64,000 bases of DNA from Mobula hypostoma (lineage: Eukaryota), in NCBI RefSeq assembly GCF_963921235.1, contig NC_086123.1, forward strand, positions 14,694,001 through 14,758,000. Reading direction: 5' to 3'. The position numbers and the translations under genes are program-made. The first letter of the stretch is position 1; each line of letters opens with the position of its first letter. The notes below the pieces were generated by a model that worked only from the letters and a program-made list of their open reading frames with translations, ran no database searches and was not told the origin of the DNA. This document shows positions 38,687-51,400 of the stretch, piece by piece.

Positions 38687-39508
38687 CAAGTATTTACCTA
38701 AACACGAATGAAACTGTTTCCATTGTCCAATTCATTGCATTAAAATTGGACTCCTTCAGGTTGTTTTCCAGTCACCTTAAATCTGGTTATAGTTTCTGTC
38801 AACCATTTCTCCTTATTTTTTCTTCATAACTTTAAATATTTAAATCACAAATCTGCTCTTGTCTTTCCTTGCTTTCTTCCTGCATTGACTCCCACTGTCT
38901 CAACTATCCTGGTATCTTCTTGAAAACCTCATGACATTCCAGGCAAATCCCTCCCCACCATCGGTGGTATCTACAATGAGACACTATCTCAAAATGGCAA
39001 CATCTGTCATCATCGATCCCTACCACATGGGTTGTGTAATCTTCTTGCAGCTACCATCATGCAGGAGGTACAGAAGCCTGAAGTCCCACATCACCAGACT
39101 TAAGAAAATCTACAATACTTCACTTCAACTATAAGCTTCTTGAACCACCTACACACCATTAATCTGTACCTATTAGAGCCACACTGTCACCACTTTGACC
39201 ACTTTGCACTGCATTGGACTTTGTGATTTTCCCATTCTTGTTGTGTTCTTCCTTGTAAAATGAAATGTGCACAATTTACAAGGGTGTTGCCTGGATTGGA
39301 GAGCATGGCTTATGAGAATAGGTTGAGTGAACTCAGCCTTTTCTCCTTGGAGTGACGGAGGATGAGAGGTGACCTGATTGAGGTGTATAAGATGATGAGA
39401 GGCACTGATCATGTGGATAGTAGAGGCTTTTTCCCAGGGCTGAAATGGCTATCACGAGGGGGCATAGTTTTAAAGTGCTTGGGAGTAGGTACAAGATGAT
39501 TGTCAATA

Positions 39509-40018
39509 CAGGTTTCCCCCGTTATCTGAATGTAGAGCATTCCTATGAAACCGCTCGTAAGCCGAAATGGCATAAAGCTGAGAAGCAATTACCATTAATT
39601 TACATGGGAAAATTTTTTGAGCGTTCCCAGACCCAAAAAATAACTTACCAAATCATACCAAATAACACATAAAATCTAAAATAACATTAACATATAGTAA
39701 AAGCACAGCCTATATAAAGTAGAAATAATGTATTACAGTGTAGTTTCACATAACAGAATCGAGAAGTTTGAGCCAAAATCGATTTGTCGAAAAAAATCGG
39801 CACATACACGCATGTGCACGTCACGCATTCGCACGTACACGCCCGTCACGCATGCGCACATACATGCATGCGCAAACACCTGCCCGTGCAAGGCTTCATG
39901 GTCATGGTAGTCTTTCTCAGGGTAAACACAAGTTTAAAGCAAGTGTCTTTTTCCATTAAAGTGAAAATCCTCTTTCGGTTAACAAAAATAGGTAGTAATG
40001 TAGGTCTTAGGACACCTG
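39509..40018. mobile_element. Tigger-like non-autonomous element
   Basis: TA|caggtttccccc ... gacacctg|TA; 5' part nearly identical to the element at 42763. Confidence 0.8.
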
Positions 40019-40556
40019 TACCTTCAAATTCTTCGTAGTTCCTAACTTGCTGAGGTAGTGAAATCATTTCTTTTTTATTCCCTGTTGCTTCTGCCATCTC
40101 CAAGCGTGAATGCTTGAGCCTGCAGTGAGCAAAACCATTCCTAATTGTCTTACTGCTTATTTTTCACCAACTATCAGTGACAAGAATAACTGCTTTTTGA
40201 ACACAAACACACTCAACTAATGCTACCTTAAAAACTGTTCACTCTAAGTGCGGTGCAGAGTCTAATGGCCACACAATTGCACACGACTGACACCAGTTAG
40301 AAATTGTTTTTGCCTCTCCTAATTAAGTGGCACTGTGTCCCACATAAAGGCACCTCTACTCTCTTCCTCCTGAAGTCAATAATCATCTCCTGGGTCTTGC
40401 TGACATTAAGTAAGAGGTTGTTGTGGCACTTCTCAGCCAGATTTTCGGACATCCACGAGCCGTTCCTCATCGGGGTTCAGAGGTGGAGAGCCTCAGCAAC
40501 TTTAAATTCCTTGGTGTTACACTTCAGAGGACCTGTCCTGGGCCTAGCATGTAAAT

Positions 40557-41116
40557 TCGTTCATCCATCATTGTTGATGAAGACCTCGACACCAATTAAT
40601 GGTGTCGAGACTAGCACATGATTTGGATTTAAGTGAGGGAGAGTTGCGAAGCGTCAGCCTCACTCTCTCTTCCCGATTCCCATCTGGATCCAGTGGCACG
40701 ACAAGAGTCGAGACCACTGAAGGTGGGACTAGGTGCAGTGGATGACCAGGACGACTTCTGTGTCCAGTCATGCTGTATACGTTCCACGACGCTTGCAGAG
40801 ACCGCGTTCTTGACCGTTGGACCTTCCATTGGTCTCGTCCACTCAATCCGCCGGAGTCTGCCTTCACATGCTGGGATAGACAACTCCCCATCTCACCGAG
40901 GGTTTGAGACCCGTCGGCTACCCTCACCTGGTTTAGCCGGCTGGTCGAAGCCGTTGCCCGGGGTGTGGCCGCTGTCGCATGCAAACAGCTACGGGGAGCC
41001 ACAGGTGAGAGCTGAGTGCCAGGTGGGGACCAAAGGTGGACAAACCACCTTGAAAAGGATGCAACATGTTCCCCCACCAGAGGTGCTACCCCTCCCTGAC
41101 ACCCCCACACACCCCA
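40557..41116 (-). mobile_element. Full-length non-autonomous RTE-derived element (560 bp)
   Basis: Perfect 11-bp TSD agcatgtaaat at 40546-40556 and 41117-41127; tail gatggatgaacga; no credible ORF. Confidence 0.85.
40923..41105 (-). ncRNA. HDV-like self-cleaving ribozyme
   Basis: P1 GGGGUGU/ACACCCC; P2 CUCACCUG/CAGGUGAG; P3 GGC/GCC; L3 UCCCCGUA plus hairpin; P1.1 CC/GG; J1.1/4 GCAA; P4 CGGCU/AGCCG; J4/2 GCUAA (catalytic C at 40936). Confidence 0.85.
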
Positions 41117-41765
41117 AGCATGTAAATACCATTACAAGGAAAGCCTGGCTGTTTCTAATCTTTCTGAGTTCGCGAAGATTCAGCATGACATCTAAAACTT
41201 TGACAAACTTCTGTAGATGTGATGGAGAGTATATTGACTGGCTGCATCACAGCCTGGTATGGAAACACCAAAACCCTTGAATGGAAAATCCTACAAAAAG
41301 TGGTGGATACGGCCCAGTCCTCCACAGGTAAAGCCCTCCCCACCATTGAGCACATCTACATGAAACGCCGTCACAGGAAAGCAGCATCCATCATCAGCAA
41401 CTCCCAACACCCAGAACATGCTCTCCTCTCACTGCTGCCATCAGGAAGAAGGTTCTGAAGCCTCAGGTCACACACCACCGGTTTCAGGAACAGTTATTAC
41501 CCTTCAACAATGAACCACGACAGATAACTTCATTCAGCTTTGCTTGTCCGGATCATTGAAACGTTCCCACAACAAATGGATTTACTTTCAAGGACTCTTC
41601 ATTTCACGTTCAAAGGTTCAAAGGTTTATTTATTATCAAAGTATACAACTCTGAAGTTCTTCTTCACTGGGTAGCCATGAAACCAAGAAAGAAAAGAAAG
41701 ACAGCATGATCATCACCCCCAAAATGCCCCCTCCCCACACAGAAAAACAAACAAAAATGGAATAG

Positions 41766-41993
41766 CAACACACATAAACGTTGCTGGTGAACGCAGCAGG
41801 CCAGGCAGCATCTCTAGGAAGAGGTACAGTCGACGTTTCGGGCTGAGACCCTTCATTCAGTCCTGATGAAGGGTCTCGGCCCGAAACGTCGACTGTACCT
41901 CTTCCTAGAGATGCCGCCTGGCCTGCTGCGTTCACCAGCAACTTTTATATGTGTTGCTTGAAATTCCAGCGTCTGCAGATTTCCTCGTGTTTG
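41766..41993. mobile_element. Palindromic Penelope-tail mini-element (~90-bp arms)
   Basis: Perfect 14-bp TSD caaaaatggaatag at 41752-41765 and 41994-42007; arms nearly perfectly complementary. Confidence 0.92.
41858..41895 (+). ncRNA. Minimal type I hammerhead ribozyme (intact core)
   Basis: Stem I CAGUC/GACUG; CUGAUGA plus extra A; stem II GGGU-CUCG-GCCC; GAAA; palindromic ACGU stem III; GUC cleavage triplet at 41888-41890. Confidence 0.85.
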
Positions 41994-42762
41994 CAAAAAT
42001 GGAATAGGCACATCAACCTCCAAATCTCTCCTCCCACACAAAAAAAAGAGAAAGCTCGGGCAAAGAACACAATATAAAAAAATTATAATACTGAAAAAAA
42101 GTCTATAGTCCAAGTCCATATCCGAAATGCTGAAAACCTGGGTAAAATTTTCCGGGCATGGCGGCAGGTTCTCCCCTCTCCAGTAGCAGAGCAAAAGACA
42201 GGTTCACCTTCCACATTTGCCTTCATGTTACAATCTCCCTCCTCACTTTAATCGGTGCACAATGGAAACTTTAATCAGCAAAACGAAATCAATCATCACC
42301 TTGCACCCCGTCCCGCAATCTGCCTGCCACGAGGTTCATGCACGCTACCTCTATCTCCCAGAATCATTTCAGAGACTGCAGAGAACTGGAACATCCAAAT
42401 GATCTCCAAACTTCCACATTCCCCTTGATGTTTCAATCTCCCTTGTCACGTTAATCGGCGAACAAGGGAAGCTTTAATCAACGAAATGGAGTTGAACACT
42501 GGCTAGCGCCTTCTCGCCACAAGGTTCACGCACGCTGCCTGTGCCTTCTGGAATCCTCCCAAAAACTGCAGAGCGCTGGAACACCCAAACGATCTCCAAA
42601 CTGCAAATCACAGGCTCCAGCAGATCCAGAATGACATGCAAGACAAAAAACAAACATAAAGGACATAAAGGAAGTGAAATATATGGTTTCATGGTCTATC
42701 CAGCGATGTCAACCAAAGGAGCATTGTACACAGGCCAGATAGTTATTGCTTATTTTTTATTA

Positions 42763-43981
42763 CAGGTTTCCCCCGCCATACGAAGGTAGAGCGTTCCTAT
42801 GAAACGGTTAGTAAGCTGGAATGTCGTAAAGCAAAGAAATAATTACCATTTACTTATATGGGGAAAATTTGTGAGTGTTCACAGACCCAAAAATAACCTA
42901 CTAAATCATGCCAAATAACACATAAAACCTAAAATAACAGTAACATATAGTAAAAGCAGGAATGATATGATAAATACACAGCCTATATAAAGTAGAAAAA
43001 CTTCTCTCCAATGCTCCAATGATTCCCCGCACTGTTCTCCGTAGCGAAAATCTCACGCAAGCGCTCTCGGCAAAAACACGGCGCAAACGCCATCGGCAGA
43101 AAATCTCATGCAAGCGCTGTTGGCAAAAACACTCTCTCCAGTAACCTTTAAGCTATGAAGCTGTCAAATCATACCAAATAACACGAAAATACACAGCCTA
43201 TATAAAGTAGAAATAATGTATGTACAGTGTAGTTTCACTTACCGGAATTGAGACAGCACCGAGCACACTGATGATGGTGTGTTAGACTGAGCTGTCGGAG
43301 TCTGGGGTGGTGCATTGGCCCCCACCCTCCGGGCAGCGAACCAATACCGATCCACGAAGCATGCAGGGGTCCGGCGGTGCCTGGGACGTACCCAGCACAT
43401 CTTTAAGAAAAAAGCCAAAATAAACATGCTAATTAATTAGGTGCCGCCCGGCACATAAATGTTGGCCCAGATCAGAGGCGATTGCCAACTGTGTCCGCTG
43501 CATTCTCCGCGAATCGGTATCTGTCCGCGGCCCGTTCGCTACTGCATTCGGTTTCGATCGTTATCCTTTCCTCTTCCAATTGCATCAGCTCTTCATCTAT
43601 CAGTTCTTGGTCATGGGATGCCAAAACCTCTTCAACATCATCTTCGTCAACTTTCACAAGCCAAACTCACTTTGTCCTTACTTCGTTCACCTTGATCAAA
43701 ACACTTAATTATGTCTAGTTTTACGCTAAGTGTAACACCCTTACGAGCTCTTTTAGGCTTTTCCGATACCGTAGAACTCATCTTGCAAACGGCTGCTCAC
43801 AGGCACGTGTTTAAGCAATGCCGGCGAGAATGCCGTTCCGAATCCGGGGGAGAGCGGCTGCTCGGGGCGCGTGCTGATTTTTTTCATAACAGTGAAAACG
43901 CCTTCTGTTAGCAAAAACAGGGAACTAATGTAGGTCTTTCATAACAGTGCGGTTTCGTAAAGCGAATGTTTGAAAAGCGGG
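42763..43981 (-). mobile_element. Tigger (pogo-like) DNA transposon derivative
   Basis: TA|caggtttcccccgc terminus. Minus-strand remnant VDEDDVEEVLASHDQELIDEELMQLEEE resembles the Tigger transposase C-terminus. Confidence 0.8.
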
Positions 43982-46384
43982 TATTATTATTTCTTCTTCC
44001 TTTCTGTATTTCCACAGTTTGTTGTCTTTAGCATACTGGTTGTACACCCAGTTGGTGTGGTCTTTCATTGATTCTATTATGATTATGGGATTTATTGAGT
44101 ATGTCTACAGGAAAATTAATCTCAGGGTTGTAAATTTACTTTGATAGTCAATTTACTTTGAACTTTGAAGTGCTTAGATGTAATACACTGAGAGGAAATC
44201 AACCGTCTCTTCAGTAAATATGGACCAGTCAAGAAAATCCAGCAAAGATCTGTTAAGGGCAATTCAAGTCTAACCGACTTGTTTGACTTCTTTAATGATG
44301 TAACAGAGACAGTGGTTGAGGGCATTTCAGTTGATTTGGATTTTCAAAACGTGTTTATTGAAGCAGCATATCATAGTTTTGTAAATGAAAGTGAAGCCCA
44401 TGGGATGAAAGTGACAGTGGCAGAAGGAATACAAAATTAGCCGAGGAGTTTAAGCTGCAGAGTTGTAATGAATGACATGAAGTTCCCTCAGAATCAGGAC
44501 AGGGATTGTGATTGCACCTGGCATGGATTAACACAGTATGTTGAATAGGGGGTTGAGTGGCAGTGGGAGTTGAGGATGGGGATGAATGATAAAGCACAAA
44601 TTTAAAATCTGCAGGTGATGCCATATTTAGAGCTATTTTTTACGTTGAAGAGAGCAAAATAAAAGGAAAACACTGTGGACGATGGAAACCTGAAATAAAG
44701 ACAGGAAATAGATGAAAAAGTCCATTATTATCAAAAATACCAGTTCTGTCCAAAGAAATAATAACTCTATTTTCCCTCCATGGATGCTGCCTGACCTGTT
44801 GAGTTATTTCTGCATTTTCTGATTTTATGTTAGATTGAACAAAGTAGTATAGCATTCGGAAGGATGTAGAATTAAGGAAGAGATGGACAAGTAGATGTCT
44901 GATGAAATGCAATCCAGAAAACAATGGAATGCTGCATTTTGAGAAGAAGCTAAATTGTGCAACTTTAAGAAGAGGGAGACCCAGGGGAGTTTTAGTGTAA
45001 AATTGTTTACCACGCCACGTCTGAATACAATGGACTACGGTTAATTGGAGCATGTCACAAAACTGGGACAACTCTTAAAGAACAAACTCTAATCAAGAAA
45101 ATAGCCGGGATTCCCTTCATTTATGTAGGGTACTATTGCCACTTAATTAGGACAGGCCAAACAGTTCCTAACTAGCACCAGTCACGTACACTGCTGTGGC
45201 TGTCAGGGACTACGCTGTGCTTAGAGCAGTGACTACCTCTTAGTTGTCCTTGCTCTTTAGCCTCTGCTTATATGCAGGTAGGAGAAGGACAGACAGGTGA
45301 TCAAATATCCTGAAATGCAGTCTGGGCATGAAACGGTAGCCATTCCTTATCTGGGTACAACAATGGTGTTGGGACCTTTGGTGCTACAAGTTATATGTAG
45401 ACAGTAATTGGGCAGGGATTTCTTCAAACAAGTCTGATTGAAATTCCTGACTATAATATGAAATGCATTGGGATGGACTGTTTCTTGGTCTGTAGTCACA
45501 GGGTTTATTACTCTTCCAATGTGTGTACAATGTTGTACAATATTTTCACTCGTCCTTTCCTTTGGTGCAATACATCTAGCTACCAAATCATAGCAACCAA
45601 AGATGATTCTCATCCAATCTGAGATATCAATCCAATAAAGCAATGGCAATCTTCATTACTTTCCCTCTTTCCCGTTTTTTAACTCATCTGTTAACCTGAC
45701 CATTTCCATCTTCTTCATTTCTCTGGCAGTGTTCACATCCTTTTATATCTCATCATCTCCTTCAGCAGATTTCTATTTTTGCCCCTCATCATCTCACTCA
45801 CCTAACCACTTTGCTGTTAATGTTCATACAGAATACTTTTGGCTTACATTCTATGTCAGGAGCAAATTTACGCTCATATTGTTTCTTAAAATTCTTTTCA
45901 CACTTTCACCTCTCCTCCTTTTCCATACATTGGAGCAAAAGACTGCGGATGCTGAAATCCAAAAGAAAAATTTTTTAAAAAACCTCGGAAGCACTCTGCA
46001 GGTCAGTGGGGAAGTAAAACAATTGATGCTTTTGGTCAAGGGACCTTCATCTGAAATGAAAGAGTAAGCCAACAAGTAAAATTGCAGAGAGAGGGGGAGT
46101 TAGAGAGAACATAGAGAATGTTTGTGATAGGGTACAGACTGAAGATGACTTTAAAAATTGGCAGCAGGGAACAGAAAGTAAGAAACTAATTGAAACAGAG
46201 AGGAGAGAGTGATTTTAAAAAGTGGTGGTTACCTGAAACTTAAAATTAGTCTTGAATTCCAAGACCTAAAACGTACCCAGGCAGAAGTTAAGATGCTGTT
46301 TAGTTTCTTTGTTTTTGTCCCTTTAGATACAACACTGAGTCATGCTATCTACAGAAATTCTCTGATGACTCAACAATAGTTGGG

Positions 46385-47400
46385 TGTATAAAGGGAGGTC
46401 GGGAGGATGAATACAGGGCCATGGTGGAGGACTTTGTCGAATGGTGCAGACTGAATCATCTACAGCTCAACATCAGTAAGACCAAGGAGATGGTGATGGA
46501 CTTTAGGAAGACCAAGCATGCTCTGCTCCCAGTTACTATTGATGGTGAGGACCTACAAATACCTGGGGGTGCACTTGGATGACAGACTTGAGAGGAGCAC
46601 CAACACAGAGGCTGTGTACAAGAAGGGCCAGAGTCACCCCTACTCGCTGAGGACACTGAGGTCCTTTGGGGTATGCAGACCTCTCCTTCACATGTTCTAT
46701 CAGTCTGTTGTCACCAGTACAGTCTTCTATGCGGTGGTGTGCTGGGGCAATGGCATCAACATGGGTGATGCCAACAGGCTCAATAAACTGATTAAAAAGG
46801 TTGGCTGTGTTGCAGGAGTCAAATTGGACACACTGGAGGCTGTGGTAGAACAAAGGGCCCTCCGGAATATTCTGCCATTTCTGGACAATGTTTCTCAAAC
46901 TCTGCATGCCACCTTGGCAAAATAGAGGAGCACTTTCAGTAATAGACTAAGATGACTGCACTGCTTTCAAAGAGTATTATATGAGGTAATTCTTACCCTC
47001 GGCCATTAGGCTCTATAATGAGTCAACCTATAGCCAGGAAAGTGATGACCCCCTCCCATTAGACCGTTATTAACCTCTGTTTACGAGAACTCTGTTTACC
47101 ACACCCTGCTTTCGTATAAACCCAGTGCAATACTACCATCACTTCTTATCTGGACAGAGTGAATGTGCACCCATTACTGTATAATATTTCCTTAATTCTT
47201 GCACTACCATCATATCAGTGTGAACTTGTAAATTTTGTAAATTTTGTCATCTTTGACTTGTAAATTTGTGCGTCTTATTTTTAAGGTAACTTATTTTTTG
47301 TACTTCCTTTCTAATATTTGTGTATCTGTGCACTTGTAATGCTACTGAGACACTAATTTTCTTCGAGCTCAATAAAGTATCTATCAATCTATCTATCTAT
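46385..47400 (+). mobile_element. Rex1/Babar-type LINE 3' part
   Basis: HLQLNISKTKEMVMDFRK; YKYLGVHLDDRL..KKGQS..FYQSVV; aataaa plus (tatc)n tail. Confidence 0.9.
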
Positions 47401-47940
47401 CTGCCTGCCTATCTATCTTATCATTGAAGAAATGTACAGAGGTCAGGATGGAGAATTAACATGACAGGCAATTGGATTTTATTATATGCAACCTGATTCT
47501 TTTTTGCATTATCAAAGTGATATCCATTATGAGCTATTTCTCTCAGCTTTGTTCTACTGACTAATGCCTTAATCATACAAAGAAGCATAGCTTTGATTAT
47601 TCTCCCTTTCCACTTTAAAGGCTGCCCATTATTCATTACTTTTCTGTCTTTGAGAACCATTTACCCAGACGAGACACATTTTCAGGTTACTTCGCACTCA
47701 TCTATTAACCATATAGCTTCATCAACAGCTTTTCACCATAGCAGTCCTGGCTCACCTGATCACCCCTGCCTTATTCCAACCCTTCAGCAATTTAAACTAA
47801 CTTTTAAATCCCAAACCCTTTCTCTTTCTATTGATGCTGTCTTTCCTGCTGAAGATTTCTAACATTTTTTGATTTTACTTCTCACTTACAGCGCTTTTTT
47901 TTAATTTTTAACCAGAGCAAGCCCACCTGACATTGATAAC

Positions 47941-48420
47941 CTCAAGTCAAGTCAAGTCACTTCTATTGTCATTTCAACCATAACTGCTGGTACATTACAC
48001 AGTAAAAATGAGACCACGTTTTTCGGGACCATGGTGCTACATGAACAATACAAAAACTACACTGAACTACGTAAAAAAACAACACAAAACTACACTAGAC
48101 TACAGACCTACCCGGGACTACATAAAGTACACAAAACAGTGCAGGCATTACAATAGATAATAAACAAGACAATAGGCACAGTAGAGGGCAGTAGGTTGGT
48201 GTCAGTCCAGGCTCTGGGTATTGAAGAGTCTAATGACTTAGGGGAAGAAACTGTTACATAGTCTGGTCATGAGAGCCCGAATACTTCGGTGTCTTTAGCC
48301 AAATGGCAGGAGGGAGAAGAGTTTGTATGAGAGGTGCTTGGGGTCCTTCATAATGCTGTTTGCTTTACGGATGCAGCGTGTGGTGTAAATATCTCTAATG
48401 GCGGGAAGAGGAACCCCGAA
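47941..48420 (-). mobile_element. Rex1/Babar-like LINE 3' fragment
   Basis: (caagt)n tail; reverse strand encodes ANSIMKDPKHLSYKLFSLLPFG-like text. Confidence 0.7.
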
Positions 48421-51400
48421 GATCTGGTGTTAAATCTAGCCAATCAGCATTGAAATCTGTGTTGGTTGGGAAGAGAACCTTTATGATTTCATTTCTTTTC
48501 TCAGAGTATCAAACTTTCACTCTCTGACAGAATTAATACCCCTCCCCCTTCCATTGCTTATCTTCAGTAGCTTCTCTTTCCCTCCTAATGTTTGACACGA
48601 TGCTGAGTAAAATTCACTTCCACAGTCTCATCGCTTTCCTTAGCAAATGTCTCCAGCTCCAGCTCACCCCATGTGCTTTCCTGCAGAAACTTTATCCCTC
48701 AAAATTTGGCTCCACCTGCAACCCAGGTATGTTCAACCTGCCGCGCAATCCCCAAGGCACCATTCTAGTGTTGTCCTGAGGTCCACATGTAGTGGCGTGG
48801 GTCTGCACCTGGATGCTCAGGACATCTCCCTACAACAATGTCGACTCACTTCGTGTCAGTGTCGCCCTAGTCCTCAGTTCTGCCTAATTCTTCTCCATGT
48901 TCAGCATCTTCTCTTAGACATCAGAGATCACAAACTTCCCTAGCTTTTGAATTCTAATGCCTCTCCAGATCTCCTCCCTACTTCCTGATCTGCACCCCCA
49001 TCCTCTGATCGTCCTCTTCTTAATCCCCAGTGATCAGCTCTCAGCAGAGGCCTCAGCATTGCCTACATATCTCCCCATCTTGACACCGAATACTTCTTCT
49101 GCTGCCTTCACCCCCAACACAATTCCCTTGCTCTCTTTAGAATCCTTGATCCAGCTGAGAACCCCTCCCTCCTCCCTCTGTTCTCACCACCTCTCCTTCC
49201 ACTGGTCTTCATTCTCGACTCCAGATTTTGGATCCAACAGATTATCCTTGGCAGTTTCCACTGCCTTCAATAATATTCCACCACCGGACTCATCTTTCCT
49301 TCGCCTACTCTTTCCCATGGGACAAAGGGGCTGATCCTTTCCATCTCTAACCAGTCTCCTTCCCACAGGAGATGCAACATTTATTCTTTCACCCCTTTCC
49401 TCCTCACCATCCAGGAAACCAAAGACCATAAGAGATAGGAGCAGAATTAGGCCACTCAGCCCAGCGAGTATGCTCCACCATTTCATCATGGCAGATATAC
49501 TATCCCTCTCAACCCCATTCTCCTGCCAAAGATGAGGCAGCAGGACTTTTCCCAAGTGTGCAGCATTCAATGTTTGCCATGGAGTTTCCTCTTCAAGTAA
49601 GTAACCAATGCAGGAAGAATTTGTAGAGCACCTGTATCCAGTCCTCAGGGATGACCCTGAGCTTCCCACCAATTCAATTCTCCAGCTCACACTCGCTCTG
49701 CATTGTTATGTTGTGATCCGATGTCAGCTTGAGGAACAGCATTTCATCTTTCATCTGACACAATTATGAATTCCATATCATGAGGTAACTTACTTTCTGT
49801 TTTTTGTATCAGAGCTGGCCTGTGCTGCTGTGGGATATCCATCAGTTATAGTGTTATGTATATATCCCTCTCTCTCTCTCTCAATACTGCCTGATCTGCT
49901 GGGCTTTTCCTACAACTCCGACCTTTGTTTCTTTTGATTATTTGTCTAACTGCCCCCGTTAATCTGTCAACCAGACAGCTTCATCAATAGCTGATCACCA
50001 TGGCAACCATGGCATCGCTCTTTCAGAAGTATTCCCTTTGTCCTATCCTTCCATTGGCTTAAAATTAACCAATGTTTTCTCTCTTCAAGTCCTGATGAAG
50101 CATCTTCAGCCTGAAACATTAACTCCGTTTCTCTTTCCACAGTTGCTGCCGAAGCTTCCAGTTATTTTCCGATTTTACTTCTAATATTCAACACCTGCAC
50201 TTTTTTTGATTTTCGTTTTCTGTTCTCAGTTCTCAAGAGTCACTCCTCCTTCAGTCAAATATTTTTATTCTATTCTGATTAGTCTTCTCTATAACAACTC
50301 TAAGCTTCATGTTACAATATTACTATTCCAGGATGCCCCACTCTGAGTTATACTTCACTTGATCCACTCAATCCTGAGGGGTGCAACCAGAAATGGGCCC
50401 TTCCTTATTGAGCAGTAAACATAATTAAAAATTTATGGAACCACAGAATCACAGAATTATTATTTCACTGGAGGAAAGCAATTGGTCCATAATGTCCAGG
50501 CGAGCTCCTTGTAAAGTGTACAATCAGTTCCACTCCCTCACTCTTTATATTACTTTCTGTCAAGTTCCTGTTCAACTCCCTTTTAAAATCCAACCTTAAA
50601 AGCAGTGAGTTCCAGGTTACAATTAATCTCTACATAAGAAAAGTTTCTCCTCATCACCTTTTGTCCTTCACTTAAAATTTGTTTCTCCGACCATGAATCA
50701 CTCAAGAATGAGAAAAGCTTCTTTGTTTTATTTGAGTAGTTTTTTTCTTTAGACATGCAGTACTGAACCGGTCCTTCTTGCCCAACAAGGTATGCCACCC
50801 AGCAACCCACCTATTTAACCCCTAATTACAGGACAATTTGGGCTGCAGGGGGAAACTGAAGCGTGCGAAGGAAACCACTGCAGTCACGGAGAGAATACAC
50901 AAACTCCTTACAGAGGGCACTGGAGTTGAACTCTAATGTCCCAAGCCACGCCACCATGGCAGACGTTCTACCCTGCCTTAATGATCTTGAATACTTCCAT
51001 CCTTTCACTGTCAATCCATTTAGTTCCAAAGAGAATTGTAATCTTGTAGTTACAATCCCTTAACCCCAAAACAACTTCTGCTTCTTTTCTTTGTCTTGTT
51101 AGTCTCCCCTCTCGCTGTGTGACTCCTCTCTGTCCCTTTATTGGGGAGAGAGGGAGCTTGTCGAACGTTGGGTGAACGATTAGTTTTTGTTGTACTGCAG
51201 ATCATTGTCTCTCTTAGGGACTTTGCTATTGCCTGCTTGGTTTTTACTGTCACTCGTTCTTTGGGGTACTCTTCTGTTTTCATGGATGTCTGCAAAGAGC
51301 AAGAATTTCAGGCTGTATATTGTATACATTTTCAGATACTAAATGGAACTATTGAACTATTGTTCCTCCTCTGGGACCTTCAATGCTTGTTCTGAGTGTG

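Larger units (their letters stand above)
40455..41510 (+). mobile_element. Rex1/Babar-type LINE fragment split by the RTE-derived element
   Basis: FKFLGV..DLSW before 40556; ESILTGCITAWYGN..LQKVVDTAQ..LLSLLPSGRRF after 41127. Confidence 0.85.

Noticed and set aside
40568-41280. Long overlapping ORFs (180 and 215 aa)
   Set aside because: No recognisable domain; GC-rich structured RNA element with few stops; one ORF crosses the TSD boundary.
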